Counted from the first letter of the stretch, positions 1 to 13,030 are shown. The stretch is DNA of 64,000 bases from Dicyema japonicum (GCA_011109175.1 RDEW01000014.1:434001-498000); one strand, 5' to 3'. Program-made: numbers and translations. Notes: generated by a model not told the origin, from the letters alone.

Positions 1-202
1 GAAATAGGCTGGGAATTGAAAAAGCTGCCAAACTTGTTTTTTGTTTACAAGCTTTTAAATAAATAAATTCGATTTCCATTGTTTTTGTTTTTATTTTACT
101 TTGTTTCCGAATAAAAATTATTTAATTCAAAAAATCCTGTTAAATCAAAAAATCAGATTTTTTCGATTTTTTTCATAAAAATCATGGTTTTTAACAACCC
201 TG
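1..202 (-). mobile_element. Probable DNA-transposon (hAT-like) terminus with subterminal AAAAAATC/GATTTTT repeats
   Basis: Reverse complement begins CAGGGTTGTTAAAAACCATGATTTTT followed by repeated aaaaaatc...gattttt motifs, a pattern typical of hAT-like ends; the other end is outside the window. Confidence 0.35.
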
Positions 203-299
203 TTCTTGGCCTTCCGCGAAATCCGGCTCCTGTATGTGCGAAGTAGTTGACCATTGCGAAATTTGCGGGGATCTGGTCATTTAGATGTCTTGATTAAAA

Positions 300-620
300 A
301 TATCACCGGACAGGACGCCGTATTTGCATTTATTATAATGGTTTGCAGCAGAGATCTTCATTGGTAAGTTAATATTGTTTACCGATTTGAGCTGAGCTCC
401 GTGGAAAGAGTCAAGACGGTCCATTTCCCGATTAGAGATTCCCCAAATCCCAGAGTTGTAGGTTAGTACCGGGATGACAAAAGCTTTGTATATTCTAAAC
501 CTGGTGTTTAGTCCTATTCTCTTTCTGTGACTAGTCGCATACCAGTTGGTGTTTCTTGTGAGGTTGTTTAAGTCCTCTGCAATTGAAAGTTCCCAGAGTG
601 AACGGAGAAGTCGGTAAAAA
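300..620 (-). mobile_element. RTE-like non-LTR retrotransposon fragment (post-RT region)
   Basis: Minus strand translates to TRFRIYKAFVIPVLTYNSGIWGISNREMDRLDSFH, matching the RTE-type K.RIY..V.P.L.Y...W motif. Confidence 0.7.
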
Positions 621-743
621 AATACAAATCTTGTCTTAATAATAAAATAATAATAATTTTTTTCTTAAATAATAATTCTTTTCTTAATAATCTCCCTATT
701 ATTATAAGCACTTTCCGAATCTTCCACGTTCTATATTTTCAAC

Positions 744-1925
744 ATGGTTTCCTCCGCGGTAGGTCCACCGCTACATACTTGGCAACCCTATCGCAGTTCA
801 TTGCCGACGGTTTTAACACCCATCCGCCTCACAATCGCACAATCTTGGTTTCTATTGACTTCAACAAAGCCTTTGACACTGTTTCGAGGAAAATCGTTGT
901 TGGAAAAATATTTTCTACTAATATTCGTCCGAATATGAAATTATGGCTGGCCAACTTTTTGTCTGGAAGACGTGGAAGAGTAATCAGTGGTGATCTCAGA
1001 TCTTGATCACGATTACTACCGAACGGGGTACCCCAGGGGTCTCCACTTTCACCAATTCTATTCAACCTATTCCTACACGACCTACCTAATGATGGAGACG
1101 AAGATTCCCTTCTATTATCCTACGCAGACGATAGTCATTGTAATACGGAACCGCTCGACGCAAGTCGCATCCCTTAAAACTCAGACAAAATTGAGCACTC
1201 TCCACGATTGGATTGTGGCAATCGACTTAACGATTTCTGCAACCAAGTCTATCTGTTCCATTCACGTCGGACCGTCGTTCCAAGGATGAACCGAGTATCT
1301 TTATTGGTCCCACTCGGATTCCAGTGACAAAGTCCCCCACTGTCCTTGGAGTCAAGTACGACAGTCTTCTCAATTCAACTCCCACGCAAAGACATGATCA
1401 CCAGGGGCCTCCAGAAAGTTAACGTTTACGCGCCCTTGTTCGGAGGACCACGAGGAACATGGACTTTTCCGTTTCTACACTCTACCAACAAACAATCGCG
1501 CCTGCCATTGAGTATGCCTCCGTTGCATGGAGATTCGGCTATCGGAGTCTATGGTCCAAAGAGTCAACTCAATATACCAGAAAACAATCATTATGCTTTG
1601 CCCACGTAATGGATCAACAGTCGACCCACTACTCATGGAAGCTAAGATCCGTAGTCGTGGCTCCGAATTTTTTCGCGTCTGTGAGGAAGATGGAAACCCG
1701 CTTGGCCTAATCCTTCCATGGCAAGAGAAAACCGATTGAATAAGAAATTCCCCTCCCCGATCGGATTCCTCTGCAAGACCGAGAGAAGGCTCTTCCAAAG
1801 TAGTGGGGACAATGGAAGATCACAGACGTCGAATGGCACAATGATTGCGAGGACTGGGATCACCTAACTGTTTGACTCTTTGTCTTTTTTCTCGGTGTTC
1901 CCGGGGTTATTAAAATAAATAAATA
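744..1925 (+). mobile_element. 5'-truncated, frameshifted non-LTR retrotransposon (family A; reverse transcriptase) with intact 3' tail
   Basis: ILVSIDFNKAFDTV, WLANFLSGRRGRV and GVPQGSPLSPILFNL RT motifs in shifting frames; ends GGGATCACCTAACTG...CGGGGTTATTAAAATAAATAAATAA. Confidence 0.9.
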
Positions 1926-2239
1926 AGCACTTTTCGAGAAATAATAACAATGTCAAGATTCCTCTTCTTCCACCTGATAGATCCGGTCAACTAACTTCTT
2001 CCAGGCTCCCATATACGATTCCCTCTTTCGTCATATACGAGATTTTGTGTGAGGAGTTAAGGATTCCTCAGTTAATTACACTTCCATCTCATAATTCGCG
2101 TAGTTGTAGGATCAAGGCACAATATGTGTCCGAAAAGTTTTTATCAATTTTCTATTATTGTATGGGACAGTTACCAGATCTTTGGGGATCTTTTTTTCCC
2201 ACCGGTCAGGAATGAACACAAGCATGTGCCTTCTGTGGA

Positions 2240-2560
2240 ACGCATCAAGTCTACTAATTTCATTATTTTATAATTCCCACGTGACTCTATTATATATTAG
2301 AACTGGGACCATGGATACATTGTAGACTCTAAGACGAGTTCTGGCTCCATCAAGCTTGTTGTTAGACCAGATCTGCCTCTGTTTGTTTAGGGCGATTGTG
2401 GATAGCCTTTTACTGTTTTTCTGGTCTTTGTCGTCCCCAAGCAACGAACTCAGTTTTTTACGTTCCGTCAGATCTAGTCTTTGGGGCATATTTTTTGTAT
2501 CCAAGTGTTTTCGGTTTTTTTGGTATTCATGTTTGAAAACCATTCGAAGAATATATTTGG
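2240..2560 (-). mobile_element. RTE-like retrotransposon fragment
   Basis: ORF 2268-2543 contains RTRLRVYNVSMVPVLIYNRVTW, the same motif as 300-620. Confidence 0.65.
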
Positions 2561-3199
2561 TAGTACTTCTAGTATTCTCTTGATTATGTGGGTATCTTCA
2601 TAAATATACTCTATAGTAGAGAATATATGTCAGGCTCAGCTATTCGTGTAGTTCCGACTTTTATTAAAGCTGATAAATTTTCATCAGTGAGTCTTGTTCT
2701 ATGAGCAGTTTTTTTCACTTTCATAAATGAAAAAAGCTGTTCACACACATATGTCGAACCAAACATAGCAATGATTTTTGTCGCAAACTTTATAGTTTTT
2801 AAACTTTCCAGGAAGATATGAAAGAAAGCAGGTATGACATTTTCATTTAATAGCTGAGACTTCCATAATTTTTGTTCGGCAACAATTTTTCTGGTTAATG
2901 AAATATCTTTAAACAAGTGGGCGTTGTCTGGCAAATAATTTTTACTGTTTTCACATGGCTTGATGAAATCAACATCGCCATATAATTTTTCATTCATTGC
3001 AGGCATTCTGCTGATTTCATAGTTTGCAGTAACTAATGCAGTACATCGATTATGATTTTTGTGTGAAATGAGTCTATCGTAGTTAAACCTTTTCGCAATT
3101 TATGAAACACGCATTGGACCTTCTTGGTTAATGAGCAACTTAATTATTATTAAAAAGCAAACGACTTGGAAGCAACCCTCGATAGAGATTCCAGAAACA

Positions 3200-3360
3200 T
3201 CCTAATGTAAATACGCCTTTGAAATTTTCACCTCAAGGACGGATCCCTCACCTGACCAGCTTGGGGATACCATTTTCGGGTCATGACCACAAATGACACT
3301 AAGGGATTTGTGGAATCGTCCAACACTATCAGCTGGACGCTTGATGGCAGCCAGTCTCAT
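3200..3360 (+). mobile_element. 3' end of family B LINE
   Basis: LRDLWNRP...ASLIHVSE-like tail, similar to the end of the element at 42900-43030 (GTTAGTGAGG). Confidence 0.45.
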
Positions 3361-3559
3361 ACATGTTAGTGAGGTTTATTTATTTAAAACGAAGAATCAC
3401 CGACAAATTAAATTGACATTCCATTAATAGTAAAAAAAAGGTGCCGAGTTTGTTAGTCTTCTGTTTGAAGTAAAAATCATTGTGCTAGACTTTTCAGGAT
3501 TCTGTGTAATAAATTCCTCGTTAACCAACAGCTCAGGGAGTCCAGTAAATCTTGTAATC

Positions 3560-3960
3560 GGTATGTGAAATTACTCTTTCTCTTCGTCCTTCGTGAAAGT
3601 TTGAAACCAAATTTTCAAATTCCATACTCCCACGGAAAATCACTTGTCTGGGACGCAACGTGTGTGGACACCTTCTCAGGGGCCAGATCGCTGACGGCGA
3701 TGCACTATCCTGGAGACGCAGCCGACCAGGTGGAGGCCAAGAAGATTCGTAAATACGAATCCCTCGAAGATCAATACCATTTCACCCCTATTGCTGTGGA
3801 GACAACTGGAACCATGGGAGCGAAGACGGACGCCTTTCTCTCTTGCATTGGAAGCAAACTCGCCTTAAAAAGGTGTGAGCCACTGGAGAGGCTCTGGTTG
3901 AGGCAGAGGCTCGAAATGGCTATTATCAGAGGAAACGCCTTCGTTATTCCGTCGTTTTAG
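3560..3960 (+). mobile_element. CRE/NeSL-like non-LTR element, restriction-like endonuclease (RLE) C-terminus
   Basis: LVWDATCVDT...EAKKIRKY...FTPIAVETTG...WLRQRLEMAIIRGNA motifs. Confidence 0.85.
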
Positions 3961-4039
3961 TTATTTATAATTAGGTTGTTTTGACATTATTTAAACTTAA
4001 ATTATCAAAAAAATTCAAATTGTTAAATTGTTAGAACCA

Positions 4040-4400
4040 AAAATCTTCCTAGTGAATACTTTCCTCGGAATCGACGTAGGGTGTAGTTTTGGAGTGATCC
4101 TTCTTAAAGCAATGTTGGAGGGATACATCTGGAAGGTAAGGTTTAATCTGATCGAGAATGAGATTTTCTAGATTTTTTTGAAGAGTCACACAAAAGAGAT
4201 ATTGGTTTGTAAGAAGTTTGTAGTCCTTCGTCCGTCCTGGTTTCAAAATTCTCAATTTTCTGTGAGGGATAAAACTCAGGGAAGAATAAAACTTCATGAT
4301 CTTGTTTAAAAAGCTCTTGTCCTCCAGGTCATAGCAAGGAAGTCCCGAAGAATATTCCACATCCTTATGAGGGAGGACTGTTTAGTTAGGGTGGACATGA
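4040..4400 (-). mobile_element. LINE RT fragment (family A-like)
   Basis: RILKPGR...LENLILDQIKPYLP...QHCFKKDHS resembles RT domain 0/1 of the 23330-25935 element. Confidence 0.65.
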
Positions 4401-5238
4401 GGTTATTCCAGATTCTCTCTTGTTTCATCTTGGCCTTGTTTTTGATTTCTCTTTCCAAGGAACGAATCCTCTCCCTGGTTCCCCATTATTGAATCTGTAG
4501 ACATTTTAAACAATTTCTTTCCTTCGTGTCGAGCGGTAAGGCTTCTTCGTGAATGGATTGGTTTTGTTTGATAAAATCCTTTTACCCTCACGCACTACAC
4601 CAGAGGTTTTTAAACTTTTTTACACGTTTCCCTTAGAAAAAATATACAATCTTGAACCTCACTTAATATTCCATGATATAACACAAATATTATTTTTAGC
4701 AAAAACAATTTTTAACACAAAAAAGTTATTGAGATAATTTTTATCTTTGACACAAGTTTTTGAAGTCTCTGTGTCATTGAGGAGAGTCCTACTCATTATG
4801 CACTAATAAATGAGTTCGACATATAGATTTCATAAACTTTGTACGAAGATAGCAAAGCAGTTATGAGACAGAAACGTTTTCGTTTGGTCATCGAATCTTC
4901 TTAATTTTCTTTTAAAATTTCATCGGACTTGTGGATACATTCAGAATGAACGCTTCAAAATGTCTTTTTAATTTGCATGGTCTCACACTATCTGCTGCTA
5001 GTGTTTTGGAACAAAGCAAACAGAAGGGTATTTCAAAGGAATCAACAATAATACGTGTGAATCCTAGCAATAAGCAGGGTGGTCAATATTTTCTTGTCTT
5101 TGGAGTCGTATTGATTATAATCAAATTATTCTGACTATTTGAACTAACATCAAAATCTTCACTATTCGTCAATTTTCTTTTACAATTAGCCATGCTGTTG
5201 AATGAATTTAAATTGATTTTTGAAAATATAATTTTTTA

Positions 5239-5560
5239 AGCCGCATGACGCCATGTGGTGCTGCGTGGTTAATTTGTTGAAGTTTTATGCATGTCTATTC
5301 CTCCTCTCTCTTCCTACTAGAGTGGCGTCATGTGATCCACCTGTCTAGGTGGCGCCCAGTGCCATGCCGGCACAAAAAAGGATCATTTGCTCTCCCCCAC
5401 TCCACTGGAGGGGTTTCCACAACTGCATGTAATGGACGTCCTACCTTTTATGCTGATTCCGGATGGACTCTGTTTCTGTAGAAGTGGAAACTGGATACAC
5501 TTAATTAGTTGTCTACTTTAACTTCTTTCTCGGTGTATCAGGGGTTAATAAATAATAATA
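5239..5560 (+). repeat. SINE-like family S2, copy 1
   Basis: High identity to 39945-40262 (minus) and 18445-18700; 3' end shared with family A LINE; TAA-rich tail. Confidence 0.85.
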
Positions 5561-5564
5561 ATTA

Positions 5565-5812
5565 AGCCGGATGGCATAGTGGTTAGGTGTCGGGCTTAAG
5601 TGACTAAGGCTACGGGTTCGATTCTCTCTGCTGTACACCTGGTGGAAGGTTCCACGCATCTACGATGCTAAAAGGGTTTGACGAGTAACGCCGTCATCAG
5701 TGGATACTCACTGCGGAACTGGATTGTCTAGAAAGGACCCACACACAAGAAAAAAAATAGAAGTGAAGATCATTCCTTGGTTCTACGATTAGTTAAAATT
5801 AACTGTTCAATC
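5565..5812 (+). repeat. tRNA-derived SINE family S1, copy 1
   Basis: A box TGGCATAGTGG, B box GGTTCGATTC; body near-identical to 61381-61620. Confidence 0.85.
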
Positions 5813-6180
5813 ACGTTTTTATATAGATCTAATTTTACAAAAAATATTTCTGATAAGCTTTTCGCACCTCTCATTTTGGAAACCTCTGCACTAACCTATT
5901 GAAGTAGTATAATTAGTTATAGAGGGAGTTGAACTTGTTTGGGTCAAAACCATACGAGTAATTAGTCACATAGCACGACATGGCGCCACATTAACTAATT
6001 TCTTGTTTTTTAATAACAATAAAATGTCATTATGTTTTTTTTGAAAAAATATTTAAAATAATTTAGTTGAAATAAAATTTATTAATTGTGAAAATGACTG
6101 ATAATCCAAAAACTATTATTTATTTTTAAATTATTATTCTTGTTAATTAAAATAAATAATTAGTTTAGATCACCGAATCA

Positions 6181-9100
6181 ATGATTTGTGGGTTTATCAA
6201 CCAAATTGAGGAAATTATGATCAACATGAAATACGACGAATTCCTCAAACTGGAACACGACGAATTGAGGGATTGTGTCATTTCTAAAATCATGAAACCT
6301 CTCTTTACCCAACTAAAAGTAAATCATGGAGAACTCATTCCTCGTGAAAAACTCGGTTATTGCTGCCAAATATTCAACTCCTCCGAGTTATTCTTTGTTT
6401 GCAGGTTCTCGTTTTGATAATTTCCGCAGTGACTGTGCCATTGATTCTACTTGTGTCTTATGCTACGACTGTTTCTTCAACAGCGAACACGTGGCTCATC
6501 GTTATAAAGTGGATTATATATTTAATCTAGTTTTGCGTAAGCGGGGGTTCTGGATCCTGCGACTGCGGTGACGTGGAAGCCTGGAAGAGATTTCCTGCCT
6601 GTTCTTTGCACTCTTCCTCACAAAATGACGTTTTTTTGATTTAAAAAATAAAGATTGAACCTTTGCCTGTGGATGAAAAATACTGCGAATTCTTTGCCGA
6701 AGTTCTGATAACCGCATCCACCGCCATTTTCGAGTTCCCAAACAGCACAGAACGTCTTCCAATATCACTCAAACCTGCTCTCTCCCATAGAAAGTACGTC
6801 CTTTCACTCATAAACGACGATCTCCACCCTTTTGACTTGGTTTTATCAATGTGTGAATTTAGACGATAATCACGTTGGTCAATGCTCTCAATTGTGATTC
6901 GTCAGAGGCGAGTAAGATTGCCACGAAAATCGGAATCAGGGTTATCTTCTTTTTTTACTTCAGGGACGAGCCTTTGTAAGTCAGGGGGATAGAGAAAGTT
7001 GCAGAAATTTGGCTGATTTCATCACAGTTTATGATTTTTGATATTCCAGGCCAATTCTAGAAACCTGAACGGATCCCTGAAGAGTGAAGTCATCAACGTC
7101 GTGGTGGCCGCTTTCCAACAGTTGTCTTTGGTCTCCTTGATATATCTGGTTGAATATCTGGAAAAATTAGGTTTCTGGTTCTAATAAAGCTAGGTTATCT
7201 CGAGTTTATGTGCCAAAGTGTTGTTCTACGTAAAGACATCCTCGACATATTCGTTCGTCCTCTTCTTGTCAAGAACACGAAGCTGTGGTCAGGTTCCCGA
7301 TCGCTTATTCCAGACGCCCGATTAACCTTCCACAAAATACTCTTTTCTGCCATTCGACTTAACGCAGCTAACAAACTGTTGTTTGCCCGAATGTACACCG
7401 AGGTACTAATCGACTTATTTAAGCTATATCCGACTATTTTTAAGCACTATATAAGCGAGGAGGGCGAAGAGGAGTACTCCATAATACATGAGAATGTGCA
7501 GTTCTACACGGTCCCCTCTGTTGTGAAGACCCTCATTCTGGAGGCTGATTTACTTCACGTTCTCCACAAGACTGCGGCGGCCAATCTGAGGACTTTGGCT
7601 AATAGTATTGCAATTTTTATTGACTAAAGGTAACTTTTCTAGGAGATCTTCCCAATTCCATTCTAATTCAGACATTGAGTTTCTAAATGAGTTCCCGATG
7701 ATAAACAGCCGCATTTTTTACTCTGTCCGGCCCATAAAGTGGTTTCTGTAGATATTCTAGTTATGTCCTCAAAAATATCTTCGAATGGCCGGATTTCACG
7801 GAGGAATTTAGAGGGAAAATTTTGGCGGCTTTTGAGGAATTTTTAGAAATGGTCTCGATTTTCCAGGTTTTGCTGTCTAATCATTAGTAGCACATCAATG
7901 CTGTGGTGAAAAGTATGAGAGAACACGTGTCAAATGAGAATCCCTGGCGGGAGGCTTTCATCATAACGATCAACTTTTACAATATCCTGAACAACTACTT
8001 GCTAGTATTGAAGAATGACGTACTAATATTATAAACTTCAGCCAAAAACCCTGACTGACGCCTTCCACATTCTCAAAACCGAATCTCCCGTTATTTGTAC
8101 AGTCAAGTATATTATAAGCGCCCTATGCTTAACGAAAAATGTTTATTTGAATGTTTATTAGCCAGTCGGTGGACATGAATTCCAGGTTCTCGACTACACA
8201 AACAGCCACGATGATATGTCCTTTAATACTCCTCTCACTCACTTATTTCCCCTTTTTGTGGTATCTTTTTATTCCCTAAACTTACACATGGACATTTTTT
8301 CAAACCCCGGGGTTCATTTGAGATTCTATTTTTGCAGGATTCGCTCTTTTTACCTCCCCATTTGTTGATGGAGCCGTCACTTCAGGCGATTCTGCTTTAC
8401 TTGGAGGTCATGGCTAATATGTGGAGATTGAACGGACTATCCATGACCAATCAGGCTCAGCACTACACGAGTCGTCCAATGTGCAGAAATATGGGGAACC
8501 TCGACATTCTGATGCTACAAGTCTGTGCCTCCTTCATGTCCCCTGACGACTTCCTCTGCACTCTTCTAATGAAACTTAAAGTCGCTCGTTTCCTAAGGTT
8601 TTCAGCTTATTATTTCAGTCCTAACAACTTTGACGTCCAAGAGATTGGTGACATCCAGAGAATCGAGTACGCCTCGAACTTTATGCAGATTTTCGTACGA
8701 ATGCAGCGTATTTGGCTTGGCTGTTTGCAGTTGATCGCTACGAACCTGGACTTTCTGAGGCCACTGAGCAGGATATTATGCGATATGTTATCATTAATAG
8801 CTTGGCTGGAAATATTTCGAGATATAATAACATTATCTACCACTTTCAGGTGAACGTGGCCTTTATTGTAGAATTTAAAGAGTAAGAAGGAATCTGACAT
8901 TGAGGATACACTTCATGAGGTGGCGAATCTGTGGTGAGACTTTATTTCTGTATTTGTAGCACGAAGGAGAAGGAACAAAAGTACTACGAACTCAAGGATG
9001 AGTGCTGGGAGTTTTATAATCCTTATTTCTACAGTTCAAGCCAATCAGAAAGGACTATAGTACTCTCATTTGTCGTCATTTTAGGCTAAAAATAACTGCT

Positions 9101-11942
9101 CGAGGAAAAGGAAGAGCATTGGGGAGAGTTTTGGTATTTTTACGTGAAATTTTAGGATGCTTTTTTCCCACCAAAATTCCGAAATTTAATGGGATTTTTA
9201 ACAACCTGACAAAGTTGCTGACTTGTCGTAGCTTCATATTTTTGATCAAACAGGAGGTTGGACTGTTGGGTTCTCCCATTGGTTCTGAATCAATCATTGA
9301 ATATGTAATACAATTTCCTATTTTAGTTCCTCTACCTCGTTGGGATCAGCTTAATTGACCACGAGAATAATCTTGCGTCTTATCAGTACTCGGATATGCT
9401 GGGTTTGTTAAAACCAATATATGCCCACGTGGCAAACTTCCACGCTGAAGTATCAGAATTGTACTACTACATCATAAATGTGTTTATTATTTTAATTTTG
9501 TAGAAATTGAAGAAGCTATCTGATGAAAGTGTCATTACTGACAGCTCCCCCAGTGAAGGCGGAAATAGAAGTAAGCGACAAAAGATTGAGCAAGTCAGAC
9601 TAAGAGAAATGGAACATATAAAAAATAGAAGGAAAATTGCCCTTGAGAGGCTCACCAAGGAATTAGCTAATGAAGGGTTCTGTCTTACCTCTACGTTAGA
9701 ATCAATATGGAAGACCACGTAGAAGAGGCCTTACCAGTGGAAATGACTGTGGATGAGAGAATCTGTGTGGTCTGTATGGAAGTCTGTCAGCCGACAATTT
9801 TGTCTACTGAACGTTACATAATAATGCCAGTATTCATCCAAAAGTGAGGGAAATATTAATCGTCAGCTCGAGAATTCTTCACCAATCTCCTGGAGATACT
9901 TTGACTGAGAATTGTGATTTTATGGGCTGGGATCTGCCTTTGGGGACGTATTTGTCTACGTGCGGCCATGCTTTGCACATCGACTGCTTCAAACGGTATC
10001 ATCTCCCGGATGAGAATGCCTCCGACTATTCTTATTACAACTGCCCCCTCTGCACTCGTCCTGCGGTAACAATTATCCCAATTCTCCCCTCATTTGTCAC
10101 TCTGCCTTTTCTCGGGTAAGGGGGCGTGTCAAAATGGTAGATTTCGCTACAACGAGCATTTGGAGTTTTACGACTGGCTAGCTAATCTGAACAAATCGAT
10201 GAGGTCTTCGAACCGGAAGTATTTTGACGACTCAAATGACCCCGATGGTCAGGAGTATCCTCTATTGTAGCTCTCTGGGACATTTATGATCCATGCCCGA
10301 TTACTACTGCGGCTAAACAGGTAGCCAAGAGTGTGACTCGCAATTTTCATACTTTTTACAAGTACATGGCATCCACAGCTGGGTAACTCCTTATTTTACT
10401 CAACAGAGTCACCATTTCCTCAGAAATTGTAGACAATATCAAAACTTTCTTCCAAAAGGTCGCCGAAGTTGTTTTTTGCTTATAGCGTAGTACTCTGGTA
10501 ACCTTGATTCCTCTGATTCCGTGTATAATGTCCCGAGCTGTTCGTGGAAAGCCATTGCTTATACCATTCGGTGTTTGGGTAATTTCTTGTCGCAAATTAG
10601 AAAATTTGATGACTTTTGACGGGAATTCTCTCCAAAATAGCAAGGACTTATATTGGAGGGAATACGAGTGCATTAACGCCTCTCTAAAGGCTCACAGTGC
10701 CCTCCTCACGGTTATCCCCCAGGAAATTATTGAGAAAGAATCTGTTAAACTACTTGCTTGTTATAATGTGGTAAATTAATGTTCTAGTTTTGCTGGCACA
10801 CGGAGACTTGGTGGAACAAAATTTCGTTTCAATTCTGGACGTGGACGCCTTCCATTTCCTTATTAGTGTCGCTCTTTCTGTGTCGACTGTGTCCTCATTT
10901 GACTTCAAACAGTCCAACCACGTGTTCCATCTTTTGTTCCTGTTTCATCTAATACAGCTGTTTCTAACATACGGTATTATCATTTTGAAATTGTAGGTCT
11001 CACCGAATCGAATAACCAACCGATTGAGGGAGACACGGCTTACCACAAGGTCTTTGGTGTTATAGAGTCTGTACTGGGGTTGTTTCTGTTTATAATGCAG
11101 CTTAAAATACAAGGGACAGCTGAATATTGAAAAATTAGAGGAATATTTAAGGGAGGGGTCTTTGAGTTTCGTGAGATGCTGTGTCATATTTTTCACGTCC
11201 CTGGCTGACGTCAACCCAAAATCGTTTTCTTCCCGTAAAAGTTGCTTTAATTTTAGTGAATTTGTGTGGGACTGTTGATATGATGAATTACTGCCTCGGG
11301 TCTTCGTATTCATCGATCAGTGAGTTCGTTGAATCCAGTATTTTGCCCCTAACGAGACTGGCGCGTAGGTTGGGTGGGTTTTTATTACTTTCAGTTGGTG
11401 TCGTCCCCATATTCTTTCACAGAGGATGACTAATATTACCTGTCCTCGTTACCCTCTTAAAATCCGGACTTTGGTATCTCTCAATAAATCGTTCGTCAAT
11501 TTGTACTATGATTGCTACCAGAATAGGTTTGATCATATTTACTTGTAGATGCTTGCATAACAACACAGTTAATATTAAGAGGGTGTTTCTCAAGGCAATT
11601 TGCCTGGTTTGCGGGAACTATGTCTGTATCACATGCTGTCAGTCAAAATATACAATGAGTTTCCATTCTTCCCAATGTTCGCCCTCTTCTTTTCTCATCG
11701 TCTTTGAGTTTGCGTTTGGTTTATTTCAGTGTGCTAAACTGCCAAATTGCACTCATTGGTTCTAAAGTGTATTACATAAATCATTCCCTCTATCTTGATA
11801 AGTATGGGGACAGTGATATTGGATTAGAGTTGTTATGGGTTTGTATTTTAGAAATCAGAACTTACTGACCTTCTCAACTTATCAGCATGCCAAATTTACG
11901 AGATTGTGGCTTAGTCATTCAATAATTGCTGATTTTTTCTAA
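6181..11942 (+). CDS. UBR1: E3 ubiquitin ligase UBR1/UBR2 (N-recognin); about 30 or more dwarf introns; start uncertain
   Basis: Spliced UBR box CSDCAIDSTCVLCYDCF...HRYKFCVSGGSGSCDCGDVEAWK, ClpS-like domain, VQFYTVPSVV, MWRLNG, RING-H2 TCGHALHIDC...CPLC and C-terminal YLDKYGDSD...RLWLSHSII; stop TAA 11940-11942. UBR1 vs UBR2 not resolved. Confidence 0.93.
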
Positions 11943-12769
11943 TCTTTTATATATTTATGCCATTTTAATTTGATTAAATTTTATTCAAATAAAATTTTTT
12001 CACATTTTTAAATAAGCAGTTTCTTTTTTTTCCTTTTTTTTAATTGTGAAAAAATTATTAACAATAAAATATTATTTATTAACTATGGGGGAGAGCGGCT
12101 GCTGACATCACGGAGAAAGCGTTTCCGCGGAAAACTGCGATACCAATTCGTTGCCTCAGCCAGACCGCTTCCCGCACGTCTTTCTTACGGTGGGTCAATT
12201 TCCCCGATTTCCTTTAGGAAAGAGGCTGTAATACTTCCAGCTGCACCAGACGTCTCATTTCTTTTTTTAATTTTTTGGCCAATTTTCCAAACAGCCTTCT
12301 CTATAAATCTATTTTCCGATAATAATGATTTCGTCAAAGCTCAATGAATGTATTACAATGCTTATTGGGAGACGACTAAAATTTTCTGAATTAATAAGAC
12401 ATCTGTTCACCCGAATGTAAATTTCACATCTGAACAGTCTTCTGCTAAACTCAAAAATATTAGCTTACCTCTAAAATTTAGTTACCGCTAATATTTTCAA
12501 AGAATAAGATAACTCGAAGTAAGAAACATTTGATGCACCAATGTCTGGATTTGAATCTCTTCTGCCCAGATTGGTGGAGCTTAAGTTTTGGAAAGGAACA
12601 GGGGAACTATTAATTATTAATTCTAGAATGTTCTTTAATAATACCTGTGATACAAATAAGATTAAACCACGTGTCAGTGGATATCAGGCACACTAATATT
12701 TACAACTAAATCCACTTTCATAAATATTTCTTAATTTATTATTGTAAGTGATATTAAGCACCTGGTTTG

Positions 12770-13030
12770 CCCACCACTTGTGAAGATGGCTCCCCCTTTT
12801 TCAACCTCACGATGACAGCCACTCATCCAGAATCGGCCTCAACAAGGGCCGAAATTGGAACATGTGAGACCTTAGGAAGATAATTTGCTCGAAACCTCGG
12901 GGATTCTAGGACCCGAATATTTCTCCTTCATACATGCAATCGGATCGTTGATGCCAGGAAGGAAAAAAGAATGCTGATTGAGCACATTTCCATACGAATC
13001 GTAAGAAGGAATTAGCTCTCAGTCACAAGA
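12770..13030 (+). mobile_element. Decayed CRE-like RLE C-terminus
   Basis: ETSGILGP and RMLIEHISIRIVRRN-like motifs; 12885-12925 is homologous to 53880-53920 on the minus strand. Confidence 0.55.

Larger units (their letters stand above)
2600..5200 (-). mobile_element. Decayed hAT (Buster/SPIN-like) transposase, interrupted by retroelement insertions
   Basis: C-terminal dimerisation motif FGSTYVCEQLFSFMKVKKTAHRTRLTDENL at 2611-3006. N-terminal BED-type finger (LLGFT...PFCLLCSKTLAADSVRPCKLKRHFE) at about 4950-5100. ALLSSYKV near 4840. The two ends may belong to separate elements. Confidence 0.75.

Noticed and set aside
5565-5640. Functional tRNA gene (Leu-UAA-like head)
   Set aside because: Acceptor and anticodon stems do not pair, and the head continues into a repeated 200-nt body; it is a SINE head.
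5685-5720. Hammerhead ribozyme (CTGATGA conserved on the minus strand of S1)
   Set aside because: No GAAA after stem II (CAAAC instead) and no proper stem I or cleavage triplet; the motif is explained by plus-strand hairpins.
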